From: Octopus bimaculoides
Taxonomy: Eukaryota
Assembly (NCBI RefSeq): GCF_001194135.2
Contig: NC_068983.1
Coordinates: 151,228,832-151,265,043 of the forward strand
Length of the DNA stretch: 36,212 nucleotides
Reading direction: 5' to 3'
Part shown: piece after piece, positions 1 through 10,515 of the stretch
Layout of the letters: the number at the start of each line of letters is the position of its first letter
Position numbering within the stretch: the stretch's first letter is position 1
Made by a program: the position numbers and the translations under genes
Notes under the pieces: generated by a model
The model's input: only the letters and a program-made list of their open reading frames with translations
Database searches by the model: none
Told to the model about the DNA's origin: nothing

Positions 1-110
1 AAACTCAGAGTAATGACATCATACAATCTCAGTTAGAATAATGTTACTATATACATAAATTTGTATTGGTGTGTGTGTGGGTGTGCGTGCACGTGCATGA
101 ATTTTAATTG

Positions 111-266
111 ATGCATTAACACACACACACGCACACACACACAAACACACACATTCACGCACACAGATATGGAGGGAAGAAGAAAGAGTCAGAAAAGAAA
201 GAGATGAAAAAGAGTGAGAGAGAGAAACACACACACACACACGCAGGCAAACAAACAGGAAAAGCC

Positions 267-303
<37 letters not shown>

Positions 304-360
304 GAGACAGAGAGAGAGAGCCAGGGAGAGAGAGAAAGCGTCAGAGAGAAGGAGAGAGAG
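111..360. repeat. Compound (CA)n then (GA)n microsatellite
   Basis: Visible dinucleotide runs. They explain the spurious ORFs 19..423, 189..452 and 214..495. Confidence 0.9.
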
Positions 361-1815
361 GGGAACGATAATGAATCTGGAATGAGTATTACTAAGCAAA
401 CTGGCAGACAGGCAAACAGCCAAACATCTGTGGGTCTCTCACATTCACACAAGAAAATTCAATTTGTTATACATGGAAACTGCAAACAGAAATAGTGCAG
501 GCTTTGCTTAATACATTTTCTTATTATTTCTTCGAATTCTTTGCCTAATCTGCATGAAAGAGATCTTCTCTGCTAAATCTGAAATGCCAGGACCCAGCTG
601 GTGCTTTTCATAAAAGCGGTAAATTTTGAAATTATCCGTTGATACTGTTGAGAATTATGATTGAATTCTAGGAAAACATTACGCCACCATAAGATTCGAG
701 AGATTCCCGCTTGCTTCTATACGCACACAAATAAACACACATACGCACACTCGCACACACAAATACACATACATGCACTCTTAGACATATTTACATAATA
801 CACGTATACGCATACACACAGACAAATATACCTACAGAGATATCCACTTCAGTACTCAAAGCCGTATGTGCTCATATATAAAACACGTGTATATTTAAAC
901 CGACACAAAACAGCTACCTATACACATACTCCTACGTGTATATCTGAATGTGTCTGTGTGTGCGGGTATATATGAGCATTATGTTATATATACATATATA
1001 TATGCGTGTAAGTGTACATATGGGGAATAGGTTTTAACTATATTAATATATCGTCGAAAACACGAAGAATCTCTAGTTTTGACTTATATTATGAATTTCT
1101 TGAATTTTCTTAACAATGCATTGTTTCGGTTCGAACAATATACTTGTGAAGTTCACTGGGTGAAATATTCTCAGGAAAAAAAAATATTAAAAGCAGAAGA
1201 TAAAACAGAGATTTATCGAAATAAATACTGCTACGAATACCACGTAAAAGTCCTGTTAGATCTTTGTTTATATTTACAAAATTGTCCACAGATTCTATAA
1301 GAATATTTTGTATATTCTAATATTCTATATGAATACTTTCTAAGTTAAACACATGAGCATAAGATGGTGAAACAATTGAAGAATTTTGAATTATATTCCA
1401 AGAATATTCTACCAATCCATGCTTTCTTAGAAATTTTAGAAGCTGGTCAAGGAATTCTTTTTTCCAATGTACATATGAGGCTACTGACTAAATGGGAAGT
1501 GACCAATATGACTTAGAATTCCGATGGAAACACAAATGTTGTCACCTTCGTATTTCTAGCCGTTACATTCAACATACAAGTAATGCACTTCTTAACGGCT
1601 GATCTTGCATTTCCAAATTGAAGAGAAAGATATTAGTTGATAACAGAGCTATCTTATATACAATGAAAAAAAAAATGTACCAGATGGCTAGTCGCAAAAG
1701 CTACATTATTAGCAGCAAGTACAAAGAAACTTGAAACTTGCCACACAATGCGTATTTTCACAATAAAATAAAGCCATAAAACTTACATACATGTACTTCA
1801 TCAGTGAAGAGAATT

Positions 1816-2208
1816 GTTGTTGTTGTTGTTGGCACTCCGTCGCTTACGACGTCGAGGGTTCCAGTTGATCCGATCAACGGAACATCCTGCTCGTGAAATT
1901 AACGTGCAAGTGGCTGAGCACTCCACAGACACGTCTACTCTTAACGTAGTTCTCGGGGATATTCAGCGTGACACAATGTGACAAGGCTGACCCTTTGAAT
2001 TACAGGCACAACAGAAACAGGAAGAAAGAGTGAGAGAAAATTGTGGTGAAAGAGTACAGCAGGGTTCACCACCATCTCCTGTCGGAGCCTCATGGAGCTT
2101 TAGGTGTTTTCGCTCAATAAACACTCACAACGCCCGGTCTGGGAATCGAAACCGCGATCCTATGACCGCGAGTCTGCTGCCCTAACCATTGGGTCATTGC
2201 GCCTCCAC
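1816..2208 (-). mobile_element. Full-length tRNA-derived SINE, family A (octopus OR-like), with (CAA)n tail and 13-bp TSD
   Basis: The minus strand starts GTGGAGGCGCAATG and has A-box-like TGACCCAATGG and B-box-like GGTTTCGATTCCC. It ends GAGTGCC(AAC)n. The direct repeat AGTGAAGAGAATT lies at 1803-1815 and 2209-2221. About 94% identical by manual alignment to 28588-28975. Confidence 0.92.
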
Positions 2209-2669
2209 AGTGAAGAGAATTAGATTACAACAAACAGTAGCGGTAATAAAAAAAACATGAAAAATACATGCAATTGTTTCTATGATGTTTGCCTATATGA
2301 TGAAACGCTAAAAGTGGCATTAACAAGTGCTATTAAAATCATTTTCTCTTGCAAAGAAAACAAAAATAATCCTGAAATGTCGATAGACTCAAAAATATAT
2401 TGCTTTAAAGAAAACATAAAGGAGCATCCTTGGTTAACTGTGTTTTTTTTTTTTTAATTCTTGCAATTTGGTTTGAAATATTCTTGAAGTGATCTCGATG
2501 TTATATTTTGTTGTATCTCGAAAAGATTATTATTATACTAATAATAATCATGACATTAATGAGATTGATCGCAAATAACGATACATTATTTCGACAAATC
2601 TAGTTGGCTGATTGGTTGAGCAAAGGATTAATCAAACAATTGATTAGTGAATTGATTAAATGATTAGAT

Positions 2670-2690
2670 AACAACAACAACAGCAGCAGC

Positions 2691-2746
<56 letters not shown>
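2670..2746. repeat. (AAC)n microsatellite with a short (CAG)3 interruption
   Basis: Direct reading. It forms the 5' flank of the R4/Dong-like fragment. Confidence 0.95.
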
Positions 2747-2748
<2 letters not shown>

Positions 2749-3243
2749 GACTTGACAGAGCCAAAAATTGGTACGACCACAAACCCGAATGCATTGTCGA
2801 AAATAGAAATGCAAAGATCCTATGGGATTTTATGATTCAGGGCGACCATGAGATTGAGAATAGGAAGCCGGACATAGTTTTAATTGAGAAAGAAAACAGA
2901 CTATGCTGGATCATAGACATAGCATGCCCAGCTGACAACAAGGTATGCGATAATGAAGAAAGAAAAGTCGATAGATATGGCAGGTTAGCATGGGAGGTGA
3001 AGCAGTTGTGGTCGATGAAAAAGGTAGCAGTAGTACCAATAATTGTCGGAGCCCTGGTAACAGTGAGCAAAAATCTCGTGAAGTACGTGGAACAAATAGG
3101 GGCTGCATTGCAGAAAACAGCACGGCTTGGAACCGCTCGAATACTCCGGAAGGTGCTCGAAAAATAAGAAGGGTTACTTTAGTTCACTGGTAGTGAATAG
3201 CTGACGCTGTAGTGCATCCCCAGCGTTAGAAGCTGTGCAAAGG
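2747..3243 (+). mobile_element. 5'-truncated R4-clade (Dong/Rex6-like) non-LTR retrotransposon: C-terminal restriction-like endonuclease (RLE) region plus 3' UTR
   Basis: The frame from 2748 reads GLDRAKNWYDHKPECIVENRNAKILWDFMIQGDHEIENRKPDIVLIEKENRLCWIIDIACPADNKVCDNEERKVDRYGRLAWEVKQLW...GALVTVSKNL...LQKTARLGTARILRKVLEK, with stop at 3167. The WYxHxP, ILWDF, KPDIV, IIDIAxP, K..Y..LA and LGTARILRKVL motifs are typical of R4/Dong RLE domains. Confidence 0.9.
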
Positions 3244-3288
3244 CAACAACAACAACAACAATAATAATAATAATAATAATGATAATAA
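3244..3288. repeat. (CAA)n-(TAA)n microsatellite
   Basis: Direct reading. It forms the 3' flank or tail of the Dong-like fragment. Confidence 0.93.
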
Positions 3289-4110
3289 GAGTGAGAGCCT
3301 TGCACACAAAGAGTACAAGCGCCGCCACGATAAAGTGTGTATCTACATTGGCTTTTATGTTGTAAATACCAATATGAAGTAACAGAGAACTAGTATAAGC
3401 ATGTACCAAGTGATTACCTCTCCTGTAAAACTATCAGTAAAGATGTCTGTTTTTGTCTTACTCTTACTTCGACGTCTGCTTATTCCATTGTCATTTTTCT
3501 CATATTTCCGTTCTTCCTGATCTCCTTCGGTGTCAAGGCTCAGCTTGATTATGACCGGACCTGCTCTACTGTTCCATAGGAAACCTGCCGGATGCGACAC
3601 CCTCGTAGTGATCATCCACCCTTTAAGAGGTTTTGTTTTTCTTTCTGCAGCGTGTCTAATAAACTTCAAACTTCTTACCAGGCAAGCACTTGGTGCGGCT
3701 GCCGGTTTAGTCGCTGACGGCACAACCATGTAATAGCACAAAAGGTGACCTGACATATTAAAAACTCATATAGTTGGATGGTCACTGACTCTAATGAGTT
3801 CATTCACCTTTTAACAGGTTTTGTTTTTCGTCCATATATATATATATATATATATANNNNNNNNNNNNNNNNNNNNNNNNNNNNNNNNNNNNNNNNNNNN
3901 NNNNNNNNNNNNNNNNNNNNNNNNNNNNNNNNNNNNNNNNNNNNNNNNNNNNNNNNNNNNNNNNNNNNNNNNNNNNNNNNNNNNNNNNNNNNNNNNNNNN
4001 NNNNNNNNNNNNNNNNNNNNNNNNNNNNNNNNNNNNNNNNNNNNNNNNNNNNNNNNNNNNNNNNNNNNNNNNNNNNNNNNNNNNNNNNNNNNNNNNNNNN
4101 NNNNNNNNNN

Positions 4111-4150
<40 letters not shown>

Positions 4151-4245
4151 TCTTTTTCGATTCACCACCCTTTTTCACTGCAGCCGTTGACAGGTTGTGC
4201 GAACCCCCCACTGACACTAGAGAGCAGTCACCATATTTCTTTCCA

Positions 4246-4347
4246 TATCGGCTAACTCTGATGAGCGTAAGGTTATGTAATCAGATTGTTACTTAACACT
4301 CCATTGTATTCCTTGCGCGAAACCAATTGGTAAGATTAGCTGTGATA
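4246..4347 (+). ncRNA. Type I hammerhead ribozyme with canonical core; predicted cleavage after GUA at 4332
   Basis: Helix I 4251-4257 GCTAACT pairs with 4333-4340 AGATTAGC (one bulged A) and extends through TATC 4246-49 / GATA 4344-47. Core CTGATGA 4258-4264. Helix II GCGTAAGG 4265-72 / CCTTGCGC 4311-18 (8 bp, one G-U). GAAA 4319-22. Helix III CC / GG closing the loop AATT. Cleavage triplet GTA 4330-32. Confidence 0.88.
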
Positions 4348-4535
4348 GATATATAGTACTATATATTTCGGATAATACACACGCACACACACACGTACAC
4401 ACGCACACGCACACACACATATATGTATATATATATGCGCATAATTAGGTATACACATTTCGCACACGTAGACGTACTTATAGTGCCGTATAAGTATACA
4501 TAGGCATACACACTTATGCAAACACACAAACACAA

Positions 4536-4583
<48 letters not shown>

Positions 4584-5106
4584 ACCCACACAAACACCCC
4601 CCCACATATATATATATATACACATGCATACTATTACACACACATGCACTTGCACATGTGCCATGTATCAGTGAGTTTGCATGATAAACTATGAAGCACG
4701 CTCAGATAATTATGGTGACAAATTGAATAGAGAGTAAAAGGAGAGAGAAACAAAGTGGGAGAGGGAGAGATGATGTGAGAGAACGTGACAGAATCAAAGG
4801 GTAAAGAGAGTAAGTGACGTGGCAAAAAAAAATATACTCAAATGATATTTAAAACTGAATAAATATACATATACCATCAATATCAAAAACAATATAATGA
4901 CATCTGAAGAAGATAGAGGGGAGGAGAGTAAGTATAGTATATTGCAAAAATACGGAAAAATTAATGGTAAATGTGAGGAATGGAAGAGCCATTGTAGAAG
5001 CAAGTGAGACGATAAAAATTCTCAAAGGAACAGAGGTGTGAGTGATAGAGGAAAAGATACAATGGGAGAATTACAGAATGAAGATGACGTTTGATAGGCG
5101 AATCTC

Positions 5107-5142
<36 letters not shown>

Positions 5143-6105
5143 NNNNNNNNNNNNNNNNNNNNNNNNNNNNNNNNNNNNNNNNNNNNNNNNNNNNNNNNNN
5201 NNNNNNNNNNNNNNNNNNNNNNNNNNNNNNNNNNNNNNNNNNNNNNNNNNNNNNNNNNNNNNNNNNNNNNNNNNNNNNNNNNNNNNNNNNNNNNNNNNNN
5301 NNNNNNNNNNNNNNNNNNNNNNNNNNNNNNNNNNNNNNNNNNNNNNNNNNNNNNNNNNNNNNNNNNNNNNNNNNNNNNNNNNNNNNNNNNNNNNNNNNNN
5401 NNNNNNNNNNNNNNNNNNNNNNNNNNNNNNNNNNNNNNNNNNNNNNNNNNNNNNNNNNNNNNNNNNNNNNNNNNNNNNNNNNNNNNNNNNNNNNNNNNNN
5501 NNNNNNNNNNNNNNNNNNNNNNNNNNNNNNNNNNNNNNNNNNNNNNNNNNNNNNNNNNNNNNNNNNNNNNNNNNNNNNNNNNNNNNNNNNNNNNNNNNNN
5601 NNNNNNNNNNNNNNNNNNNNNNNNNNNNNNNNNNNNNNNNNNNNNNNNNNNNNNNNNNNNNNNNNNNNNNNNNNNNNNNNNNNNNNNNNNNNNNNNNNNN
5701 NNNNNNNNNNNNNNNNNNNNNNNNNNNNNNNNNNNNNNNNNNNNNNNNNNNNNNNNNNNNNNNNNNNNNNNNNNNNNNNNNNNNNNNNNNNNNNNNNNNN
5801 NNNNNNNNNNNNNNNNNNNNNNNNNNNNNNNNNNNNNNNNNNNNNNNNNNNNNNNNNNNNNNNNNNNNNNNNNNNNNNNNNNNNNNNNNNNNNNNNNNNN
5901 NNNNNNNNNNNNNNNNNNNNNNNNNNNNNNNNNNNNNNNNNNNNNNNNNNNNNNNNNNNNNNNNNNNNNNNNNNNNNNNNNNNNNNNNNNNNNNNNNNNN
6001 NNNNNNNNNNNNNNNNNNNNNNNNNNNNNNNNNNNNNNNNNNNNNNNNNNNNNNNNNNNNNNNNNNNNNNNNNNNNNNNNNNNNNNNNNNNNNNNNNNNN
6101 NNNNN

Positions 6106-6137
<32 letters not shown>

Positions 6138-6141
<4 letters not shown>

Positions 6142-6700
6142 CACTTGCATATATGTGTACAGGACGTGAAAAACGAGAACATGAAATACGAAAACATGGA
6201 AAACGAACTTTTTTTGCGAACAACGAAAGAACAAATAGAAAAACAACACAGACAATATAAAGAACAATCCCTTCATCAGTTGTCGACTGTTTTATCTACT
6301 CCGCATTTCGAGCATTAGGACAAGATGCGTCTTCGTCACAACAATTGCTCCCGCAAAGCAAATTAAATAAAATTTGGGATTTGCGGAGGGTCAAATATGG
6401 TGACAAAAGCAGGATAGGGAAAACAAACGGTAAGGGCTGTTAAGCCATAACGAGGTGAAGTGGTGTACGCTGGAGAAACAACCTTTGACAGGAGACAGAC
6501 AAAATGCATGCTATCCCTGTAGCTGAACGAGAAGAAAGAAATTCGAGCTAGGAAAAGATGACCGCTGGTCACTTGTATTTGTTTTTTTGTTTTTTCGTTG
6601 TTCGCAAAAAAATTAATTATCCATGTTTTCGTATTTCATGTTCTCATTGTTCATGTTGTTAACGTTTTTTGACGTCCTGTACACATATATGCATGTATAT
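6138..6700. mobile_element. Interspersed repeat family D with an inverted copy of its own end (MITE-like or Penelope-like inverted terminus)
   Basis: 6138-6240 (GCATATATGTGTACAGGACG...AGAACATGAAATACGAAAACATGGA...TTTTTTGCGAACAACGAA) is the reverse complement of about 6575-6700. The internal part aligns with 13803-14260 and 7901-8100. Confidence 0.75.
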
Positions 6701-7619
6701 ATACATATATATGTAAATCTGTATATGTATCTATGTACATATGCATTATATATATATTTTGTTTTGGGATTTGGTTTTCAAGATTCTTTATATGAGTTCG
6801 TGCGTTGAAGCATATTCTGTTGTGTCTGTGGAGAGTCATTCTCTTCTAGTACCTTATAATCTAACACACTCACCGGTAAAATTTCCACTAATTTCCTTCT
6901 TGATTTTTCTAAACTTTTCGTTGCGTCTTGCAACATTTTCAATAGTTGTTGTCTCAAGTGCAGTTTTGCGTGTGGTGCTTGGCGAGTAGATGAACCTGAG
7001 AATCTGCATATTATTATGAAGGAACATGTTAATTTACTAAGCGTTACAGTATGGTGTGGCTTATTTATTAAACGGTTTAAACTGGACCATTCTCTTTTGA
7101 CAAATCTGTTATGCTAAGCATTCATGAAGAAGTTGGCGTAGAGTTTTATTTCTAGTAAGTTGGTGCACCCACCACCAATACCATAGTCAAGCAGAGAATA
7201 TAGATGAAGGGGGTATAGTAAAATATTTTTTGCTTTCATTGGACTCACACCACTTTTAAGTATTTATGGGGAAACTCAAAAGACAAAATAAGCAGTACCG
7301 GCAACAGTCAACGAATCGAGGTCAGCCTTTGAACAAGAAAGTGCACAAATACAGAATGAAATGTTTCTTGATTGTAATTCCGTTGCCTCGCATTGTCAGC
7401 AATGTCTGGATCAGAACGAATATCAGTTTGTAAAGTGACGTTCATAAAAATTAAATTATGTCTGTAGATTATATTAAACTTCGAAAAATAAAACAATAGT
7501 TAAATAAACACTAACTTAATAATCATTCCATGCGTATATAAATATTTTGAAAGATACCTTCCGTGTGTGTATGTGATTATGTGTATTATATACCTGTCTA
7601 TATAAGACAGTGAGCATAA

Positions 7620-7800
7620 GGCGATAAGTTCGCAGAATCATTAGCATACCAGGTGAAATGCTTAGCAGCATTGTCGTCCGTCCTTACGCTCAGAGTTCAA
7701 ACTCCGCCGAGATCGACTTTGCCTTATATTCTTTCGGAAGCGATAAAATAAGTTCCAATTGAGTACTGAGGTCGATGTAATCAAATCTCTTCCTCCTTGT
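7620..7800 (+). mobile_element. tRNA-derived SINE, family B (diverged)
   Basis: Head GCAGAATCATTAGCA...GAAATGCTTAGC, B-box GAGTTCAAACTCC, central ACTTTGCCTT...GATAAAATAAG, then GGTCGATGTAATC. Homologous to 27563-27742 and 33001-33217. Confidence 0.82.
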
Positions 7801-7815
7801 GTCTATAGTACAAAG

Positions 7816-7897
<82 letters not shown>

Positions 7898-7900
7898 GTA

Positions 7901-8100
7901 AGGAGTAGATAGACAGCCGATAACTGATGAAGGGTCTTTTCTGTGTTAACTTACCCTGTTTTCCATCTTTTTCTCAGTGTTTACGTATTTCACTCGATTT
8001 TGTCCTGTAATTACTGTCCACGTTTTGCATCTATCTCTCGTGTGTATGTTATTTGCACCGTTGGTGACGGCCTGTACCTATATATGCATGTATATATACA
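7901..8100 (-). mobile_element. Family D fragment
   Basis: The reverse complement matches the family D terminus (GCATATAT..GTACAGG.CGTCACCAACGGTGCAAA) and the internal TTCATCAGTT.TCGGCTG.CTATCTACTCC seen at 13803-13950. Confidence 0.75.
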
Positions 8101-8587
8101 TATTTAGTGCGGGTGTATGATTTATGCAAACGGGCCATTTTTGTGTGTCGTATGTCACAGTCAGAGACTCAAATTATGAAATATCTAAGCTGTAAATCTT
8201 AAACATTTACAAGAATTATATTGATCCATTTTCGCAATAATGTTTGACTACCCAAACAAGTATTTAAAAAAAAGAGAGACTACTTGGAATTTATGATTAA
8301 TATCTTGAAGAGAATTCAGAAAGTGTGATGTGCTTGATATTGCACAAAATAAATTTTTATACCCTCAAATATTAACAGCTAATTCCTTTGAATTCTTCCA
8401 TAGTAACATGAGTATCGTAGCGTTTATTTACATTGACCTTGTAATTCAAAAAATGCTAATGTATGTGGTCATAATTCTCATTTAACTGGTGTGACGTGCG
8501 TGACCAAAAGGGATGGGATATTTTCAAGACAAATATTTTCTATATCTTCTGAAATGTATAGATCTGGAAGAAAAAAAAAACAAACTG

Positions 8588-8860
8588 GTACCCCTTTGGT
8601 GGCGACGACGGGTGTTGACCCAATCAACAGAACAGCCTGCTCGTGAGATTAGCGTGAAAGTGGATGAGCACACCACAGACACACACAGCTTTAGCGTAGT
8701 TCTCAGGGAGATTCTATGTGACACGGAATGTGTCAATATTGGTTCTTTTGAATTACGGGTACAACTCATTTTTGCCAGCTAAGTTGACTGGAGCATCGTA
8801 CTGAAGGACACAACGCACCGCCGGATCGTGAGACGAATACCGTAACTACTAAACCGTTAA
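8588..8860 (-). mobile_element. Diverged SINE sharing the family A 3' tail
   Basis: GTTGACCCAATCAACAGAACAGCCTGCTCGTGAGATTAGCGTG...CGTAGTTCTCAGGGAGATTC..TGTGACAC...TTTGAATTAC aligns with 1860-2005. The 5' part differs from family A. Confidence 0.7.
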
Positions 8861-9075
8861 ATTGTCCCAATATCGATATATGGTCAGAAACGAACCATTT
8901 CAACTTTCATTTACAGGTACATATTGATTTTTCTGGACACTATAAAAAGTTTTCAAAATTTGGTTTGGTTTTTCCATAAAAGTTGCCCATATGCGATGGA
9001 CTTCTACACATTTCTTCTGAATACTATTCAATAATCAGGCGTTGCTTGCTTAAATCGACTTTAGTATATATAATA

Positions 9076-9148
9076 AAAGGACACTCGAACCGCAAGACGT
9101 CACACAGAGCAATCGAACCCCTAAGCCGCGTGATTACGAAGCGAACTT
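9076..9148 (-). mobile_element. Degenerate tRNA-like SINE head fragment
   Basis: The minus strand contains B-box-like GGGTTCGATTG followed by a decayed CORE-like GTGTCCTTT segment. It is short and diverged. Confidence 0.35.
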
Positions 9149-9179
9149 ATATATTAATTTATTTGTTTATTCATCCCTC

Positions 9180-9214
<35 letters not shown>

Positions 9215-10515
9215 TACTTATCTGTTACTATATTTTTAGCGTTCAAATATAATCAATTAAATTTAAAACAGGACTCGATGAATCTTAACTTTTTTCCTTT
9301 GAAATGTCTTTTCTTCCGACAGCCGCCATTTTTTTCTTTCGTTCACCTAACATTTCTTTCTTCTGTCCATTCTCTTTTATTCTTTCCTTCTAATTTCCTT
9401 CGTTTCTTCTCACTTTTACATTTTTGTTTACTTATATTTTTATTGCTGACTGTTTTACTTTTTGTTTTCATTCAGTCTATATCAGTTTTGCACTTCTTTC
9501 TTTACATCTTCCTTTCTCTCATTCCTTTTTTTTCTCATCCTTTATTTTGTGCGTTCATTCTTTCTTTTCCTTTCTCTCTTTCCACTTATTTGTTTCTTTT
9601 CTTATTTTATCTTTTTATGTTTTCCTTCTAATCTTCTCTCTCTCTTGTTTTTTACTTCTATTTTCCCTTCTTTTACTTCTATCTTTATTTCTTTATATAT
9701 GTCGTTTTTACAACTTTCGTTGTTGTTTAATGTCCTTCTATATACACATGTACAGATACACGTGTGTATATACATGCATACAAATATATATACATATACT
9801 TACATATATATGCATATAAACAGACACACACATACACACATATATATATATATATACGTATACAAATATATATATATGTGCGTATGTGTGTGTGTGTGTA
9901 TGTGTGTCTGTGTATGTATGTATGTATGCATGCATGTATGTATGTATGTATGTATGTATGTATACTTCCATCGTTGCATCAAAATGCAGAAGATCGGAAT
10001 TATACGACGTAGAGACAGTTTTATCCATTTTCTTACAGCCTTCAAGATTGGAAAAAGCAGTAAAGAAACTAAAAAACGAAATGTGAAGAAACAAACAAGA
10101 ACAAAAAAAAAAGAAACGAAAATAACCCCCTACGCGCGCACACACACACACATGTAATATACATACATACATACATACATATATATATATANNNNNNNNN
10201 NNNNNNNNNNNNNNNNNNNNNNNNNNNNNNNNNNNNNNNNNNNNNNNNNNNNNNNNNNNNNNNNNNNNNNNNNNNNNNNNNNNNNNNNNNNNNNNNNNNN
10301 NNNNNNNNNNNNNNNNNNNNNNNNNNNNNNNNNNNNNNNNNNNNNNNNNNNNNNNNNNNNNNNNNNNNNNNNNNNNNNNNNNNNNNNNNNNNNNNNNNNA
10401 TATATATATATATATAAATATATATATAATATACATAAATGCAAATATAGTCAACAAGTGAGATCCAAAGATTCTTATATAGGCAACACTTAATAGCGCT
10501 TTAATGACTCGAACT

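Noticed and set aside
2130-2208. tRNA-like sequences here and at 28588-28660 and 15940-16015
   Set aside because: They have A and B boxes but no complete acceptor stem, and they continue into SINE bodies with tails and TSDs. These are SINE heads, not tRNA genes.
7915-7975. CTGATGAAGGG...CCCT in family D (also in reverse at about 6273 and 13918) as a hammerhead
   Set aside because: The putative helix II is followed by GTTT, not GAAA, and no helix I/III arrangement could be folded in any permutation.
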